Shown here: positions 29,723 through 32,000 of the stretch, piece by piece
How the letters are laid out: every line of letters starts with the position of its first letter
Numbering within the stretch: the first letter of the stretch is position 1
Assembly (NCBI RefSeq): GCF_000012805.1
Contig: NC_007484.1
Location: 2,850,001-2,882,000 of the forward strand
Reading direction: 5' to 3'
From: Nitrosococcus oceani ATCC 19707
GTDB taxonomy: Bacteria; Pseudomonadota; Gammaproteobacteria; Nitrosococcales; Nitrosococcaceae
Length of the DNA stretch: 32,000 nucleotides
Notes under the pieces: generated by a model
Database searches by the model: none
Told to the model about the DNA's origin: nothing
The model's input: the letters and a program-made list of their open reading frames with translations, nothing else
Position numbers and translations under genes: made by a program

Positions 29723-30961
29723 ATGCTGAATTGGGACAATCCACTTGCAGGCGTTGATAGCGAAAAAACCAAACCTCAAAAGTTGCCTCCCATCGGCGCG
29801 TACGACAATGAGAGTGGGGAGGAGATATCAGACAACTTAAATGAAACCTTTCTGACGGACAAGCCGACGCCCCATGCGGCTTCAGCTGCTGGGAACAATA
29901 ATGGCACTGGCGTTTTAGGGGTTGAAGACATTGAAATGGGCGCGGCCCGGATTCAGGTGGACGATAAGCGAATTATCAACTGCCGAGCCGATCTGAACCA
30001 GTTAGTACCCTTTAAATATCATTGGGCCTGGGAGAAATATCTCAGCGGCTGCGCCAATCACTGGATGCCGCAAGAAATTAACATGAACGCGGATATCGCC
30101 CTATGGAAAAGCGCCGATGGACTGACCGAAGATGAACGCACTATTATTAAGCGCAATCTTGGCTTTTTCGTCACCGCTGACTCCCTGGTAGCTAACAATT
30201 TGGTGCTGGCCGTTTACCGACATATTACTAATCCTGAATGTCGCCAATACTTGCTCCGTCAGGCTTTCGAGGAAGCGGTGCATACCCATGCTTACCAGTA
30301 CTGTGTAGAGTCCCTGGGGCTGGATGAAGGCGAGATTTTCAACATGTACCGGGAAGTGCCGGCGGTCGCCCGCAAGGCCGAATGGGCCCTGCCTTTTACC
30401 CAGCACTTGGCCGATCCTCAATTTCATACCGGCACTGCGGAAAACGATCAAAAACTACTGCGGGAACTCATCGCCTTTTACGTCATCTTTGAAGGAATCT
30501 TTTTTTACGTAGGCTTTGTCCAGATTCTCTCCATGGGCCGCCGCAACAAGATGACCGGCACGGCTGAGCAGTTCCAGTACATTATGCGCGATGAGTCCAT
30601 GCACATGAACTTCGGTATTGATGTCATCAATCAGATTAAGCTTGAAAATCCCCATCTATGGTCAGACTCATTCAAACAAGAAACCCTCCGGATGATCCAG
30701 GAAGCGGTAAGTCTGGAAACCCAATACGCCCATGACACCATGCCCCGGGGCGTACTGGGCCTCAACGCGCCCATGTTTGAAGAATATCTTAAGTTCATTG
30801 CCAACCGCCGCTGCGCCCAAATCGGGCTGCCGGAACAGTATCCTGGCGCCAGCAACCCCTTCCCCTGGATGTCTGAGGTTTTAGATCTGAAAAAAGAAAA
30901 AAATTTCTTTGAAACACGGGTCACGGAATACCAAACTGGGGGCGCTTTGAGCTGGGATTAA
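29723..30961 (+). CDS. nrdB: Class Ia ribonucleotide reductase beta subunit
   Basis: Di-iron and Tyr radical motif [11 protein letters not shown], then [10 protein letters not shown] and RDESMHMNF. The ATG at 29723 has GAGGAG 7 nt upstream and gives MLNWD..., which I prefer over the ORF-track ATG at 29708. Confidence 0.95.
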   Translation: MLNWDNPLAGVDSEKTKPQKLPPIGAYDNESGEEISDNLNETFLTDKPTPHAASAAGNNNGTGVLGVEDIEMGAARIQVDDKRIINCRADLNQLVPFKYHWAWEKYLSGCANHWMPQEINMNADIALWKSADGLTEDERTIIKRNLGFFVTADSLVANNLVLAVYRHITNPECRQYLLRQAFEEAVHTHAYQYCVESLGLDEGEIFNMYREVPAVARKAEWALPFTQHLADPQFHTGTAENDQKLLRELIAFYVIFEGIFFYVGFVQILSMGRRNKMTGTAEQFQYIMRDESMHMNFGIDVINQIKLENPHLWSDSFKQETLRMIQEAVSLETQYAHDTMPRGVLGLNAPMFEEYLKFIANRRCAQIGLPEQYPGASNPFPWMSEVLDLKKEKNFFETRVTEYQTGGALSWD

Positions 30962-30979
30962 ACGAATCATCAATCAACA

Positions 30980-31002
30980 ATAGCGGGCACTCAGCCCGCT
31001 AT
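30980..31002 (+). terminator. Hairpin terminator candidate after nrdB
   Basis: ATAGCGGGC-actca-GCCCGCTAT (9-bp stem) lies 19 nt after the nrdB stop. The T-tract is weak (ctcattta). Confidence 0.5.
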
Positions 31003-31030
31003 CTCATTTACAATTCCTGGGGGGGGCCAA

Positions 31031-31197
31031 ATGACTTCTGGCTTAGTTGCGCCAAAAAAAAATATAGGGTCATCTATTCCGATCCACCTTGGACATTTAA
31101 AACCTATTCAAAAAAAGGCATTTACAGGAAGAAGAACTGTAAAGACCTAGGCCAGCTACCTGATCCTCTCACCGGAAATAGCCGCCCTCCTAGTTGA
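31031..31197 (+). pseudogene. 5' remnant of an MT-A70-family (DPPW) N6-adenine methyltransferase gene, frameshifted at an A9 tract and truncated
   Basis: The frame containing 31081-31092 reads KKKYRVIYSDPPWTFKTYSKKG, the typical N-terminus and motif IV of MT-A70 enzymes. The only ATG (31031) is in a different frame, separated by the A9 run at 31054-31062. The reading frame ends at 31197 after about 50 codons, and the rest of the gene is absent. Confidence 0.5.
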
Positions 31198-31209
31198 ACC
31201 CAATAAATA

Positions 31210-31569
31210 CTAATGGCCTGTTCCGTAAGTGGTATCCCGATAAAAATCCTCAAAGACATAGGTAGGGTGAATAATTTTAGCTGTCGGCACGAAAAAAGTC
31301 GCCAATTCCCCTACTCCCACGAGCGTACGGCCAAGGGTTTGACCAATCCCTTTAAGCAACCCCCAGCTTACCCCAATGCCTACATTACTATCCTTGCTAG
31401 TATTTATTATATTTTTAGGAATTTCTACCCAACCAGTCGCTACATTGGCTAATCCACGTCCCAATTTTTCACCCACTTCCGAGCCATAGCCTTCTCCTGC
31501 CAGGGCTGATGAAGTAAAACCCAATAATAATAACGCCAATAAAGCCATGGTCCCTATTGATCTAGTCAT
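31210..31569 (-). CDS. Small secreted protein resembling the TIGR04073 exosortase-associated family
   Basis: Signal peptide MTRSIGTMALLALLLLGFTSSALA. Motifs KLGRGLANVATGWVEIPKNI and GRTLVGVGELATFFVP match my recollection of TIGR04073. The first ATG is at 31569; the ORF-track start at 31581 is GTG. Confidence 0.6.
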   Translation of the reverse strand: MTRSIGTMALLALLLLGFTSSALAGEGYGSEVGEKLGRGLANVATGWVEIPKNIINTSKDSNVGIGVSWGLLKGIGQTLGRTLVGVGELATFFVPTAKIIHPTYVFEDFYRDTTYGTGH

Positions 31570-31640
31570 TTTATTACCCACTATCCTTACCCTTTTCCTT
31601 GTAAAACCTTGGAATTAAACATGGATGTTTAATGACCCCC

Positions 31641-32000
31641 CAGCGAGAGTGCGAAACAAAGTGGCACATCGAGCGCGAGGGCCACATAAAAATAGGTCCC
31701 CGGTGTTTGACCCCACCGGGGAAGGGTTGGCTTTCGCCGCAGCCCGAAGGCTGTAAAGGTTCCCTCGCTCAGTTATCTCGCGGTTTCTCCCACCCTTGCG
31801 GGTCAATCCATCGAGGGAGCACTGCCCGTTATCCCGGCCCGTGCTGTTTAACCCCCTGGCGCAGTGTTCGGAGCTGGGAATGCACCCCGAAGTGCCTATC
31901 TTTACCGGCTGAGGTAACACAAGCCCGTCAGCCAGAATTCGCGAGTAACCTCTCCTACCGGAGTAGGGAGCTGGTTGAGTCAATAACTGATCATTTAAAT
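31641..32000. repeat. Structured GC-rich element, copy B (larger copy, truncated by the window end); candidate 5' part of a group II intron on the + strand
   Basis: It shares the 44-nt block and downstream motifs with copy A. It is dense in perfect hairpins: CCCCGGTG/CACCGGGG, CAGCC-cgaa-GGCTG, GCAC-cccgaa-GTGC, TCCCTCG...CGAGGGA. GTGCG occurs at 31649. The overlapping 122-aa ORF has no protein-like character. Confidence 0.5.

Noticed and set aside
31615-31983. 122-aa minus-strand ORF (and the analogous 99-aa ORF at 9548-9847, which even has a GGAG 7 nt upstream of its ATG)
   Set aside because: Both lie entirely inside the structured GC-rich repeats. The shared DNA block is read in different frames in the two ORFs. 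The products are R/G/S/P/T-rich with no recognisable motif. I therefore treat them as non-coding.
31641-32000. Known RNA classes for the structured element: RNase P RNA, tmRNA, cobalamin riboswitch, c-di-GMP-I/II riboswitch, glycine and yybP-type riboswitches
   Set aside because: The diagnostic cores are absent on both strands. There is no GGAAAGUCC/ACAGAACCCGGCUUA for RNase P and no tmRNA ends. There is no GGUG.AA.UCC...CCCGC.ACUG plus B12 box. The minus-strand CUCCGGUAGGAGAGGUUAC resembles the 3' half of a GEMM-I aptamer, but the required GCAAA/GACGCAAAGCC 5' half is missing.

Overview
About 50% GC, gammaproteobacterial-looking chromosomal window (a Chromatiales/Nitrosococcus-like source is only a guess and cannot be verified here). 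Most of it is conserved housekeeping genes in classic synteny. In order: serB 3' end; a two-domain multicopper oxidase plus a His-rich cupredoxin; prkA-yeaH-spoVR; a 1.36 kb gap with no convincing gene. Then a TSUP permease, a NUDIX hydrolase, an MgtC/DUF4010 protein, family-4 UDG plus rimI, leuA, pssA-ilvC-ilvH-ilvI, pyrC, purC-bamC-dapA, gcvR-bcp and nrdA-nrdB. The window ends with a small accessory-looking tail: a methyltransferase remnant, a TIGR04073-type secreted protein and a structured GC-rich element cut by the window edge. I found no multi-gene defence island, CRISPR array, tRNA or rRNA. The four items most worth a second look are these. (1) nrdA carries a 378-aa LAGLIDADG intein whose C-terminal flank starts with Gly, not the Cys/Ser/Thr that canonical splicing needs. 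(2) The UDG upstream of rimI, the position holD occupies in E. coli, has an N-terminus resembling the clamp-loader-binding peptide of DNA Pol III psi. (3) Two diverged copies of a highly structured element sit at 9.6 kb and 31.6 kb; the larger begins GUGCG and has exon/intron complementarity like the 5' end of a group II intron. (4) A type-C-like two-domain MCO is paired with a His/Met-rich, membrane-anchored cupredoxin. All functional calls rest on motif recognition by eye; no database search was possible.
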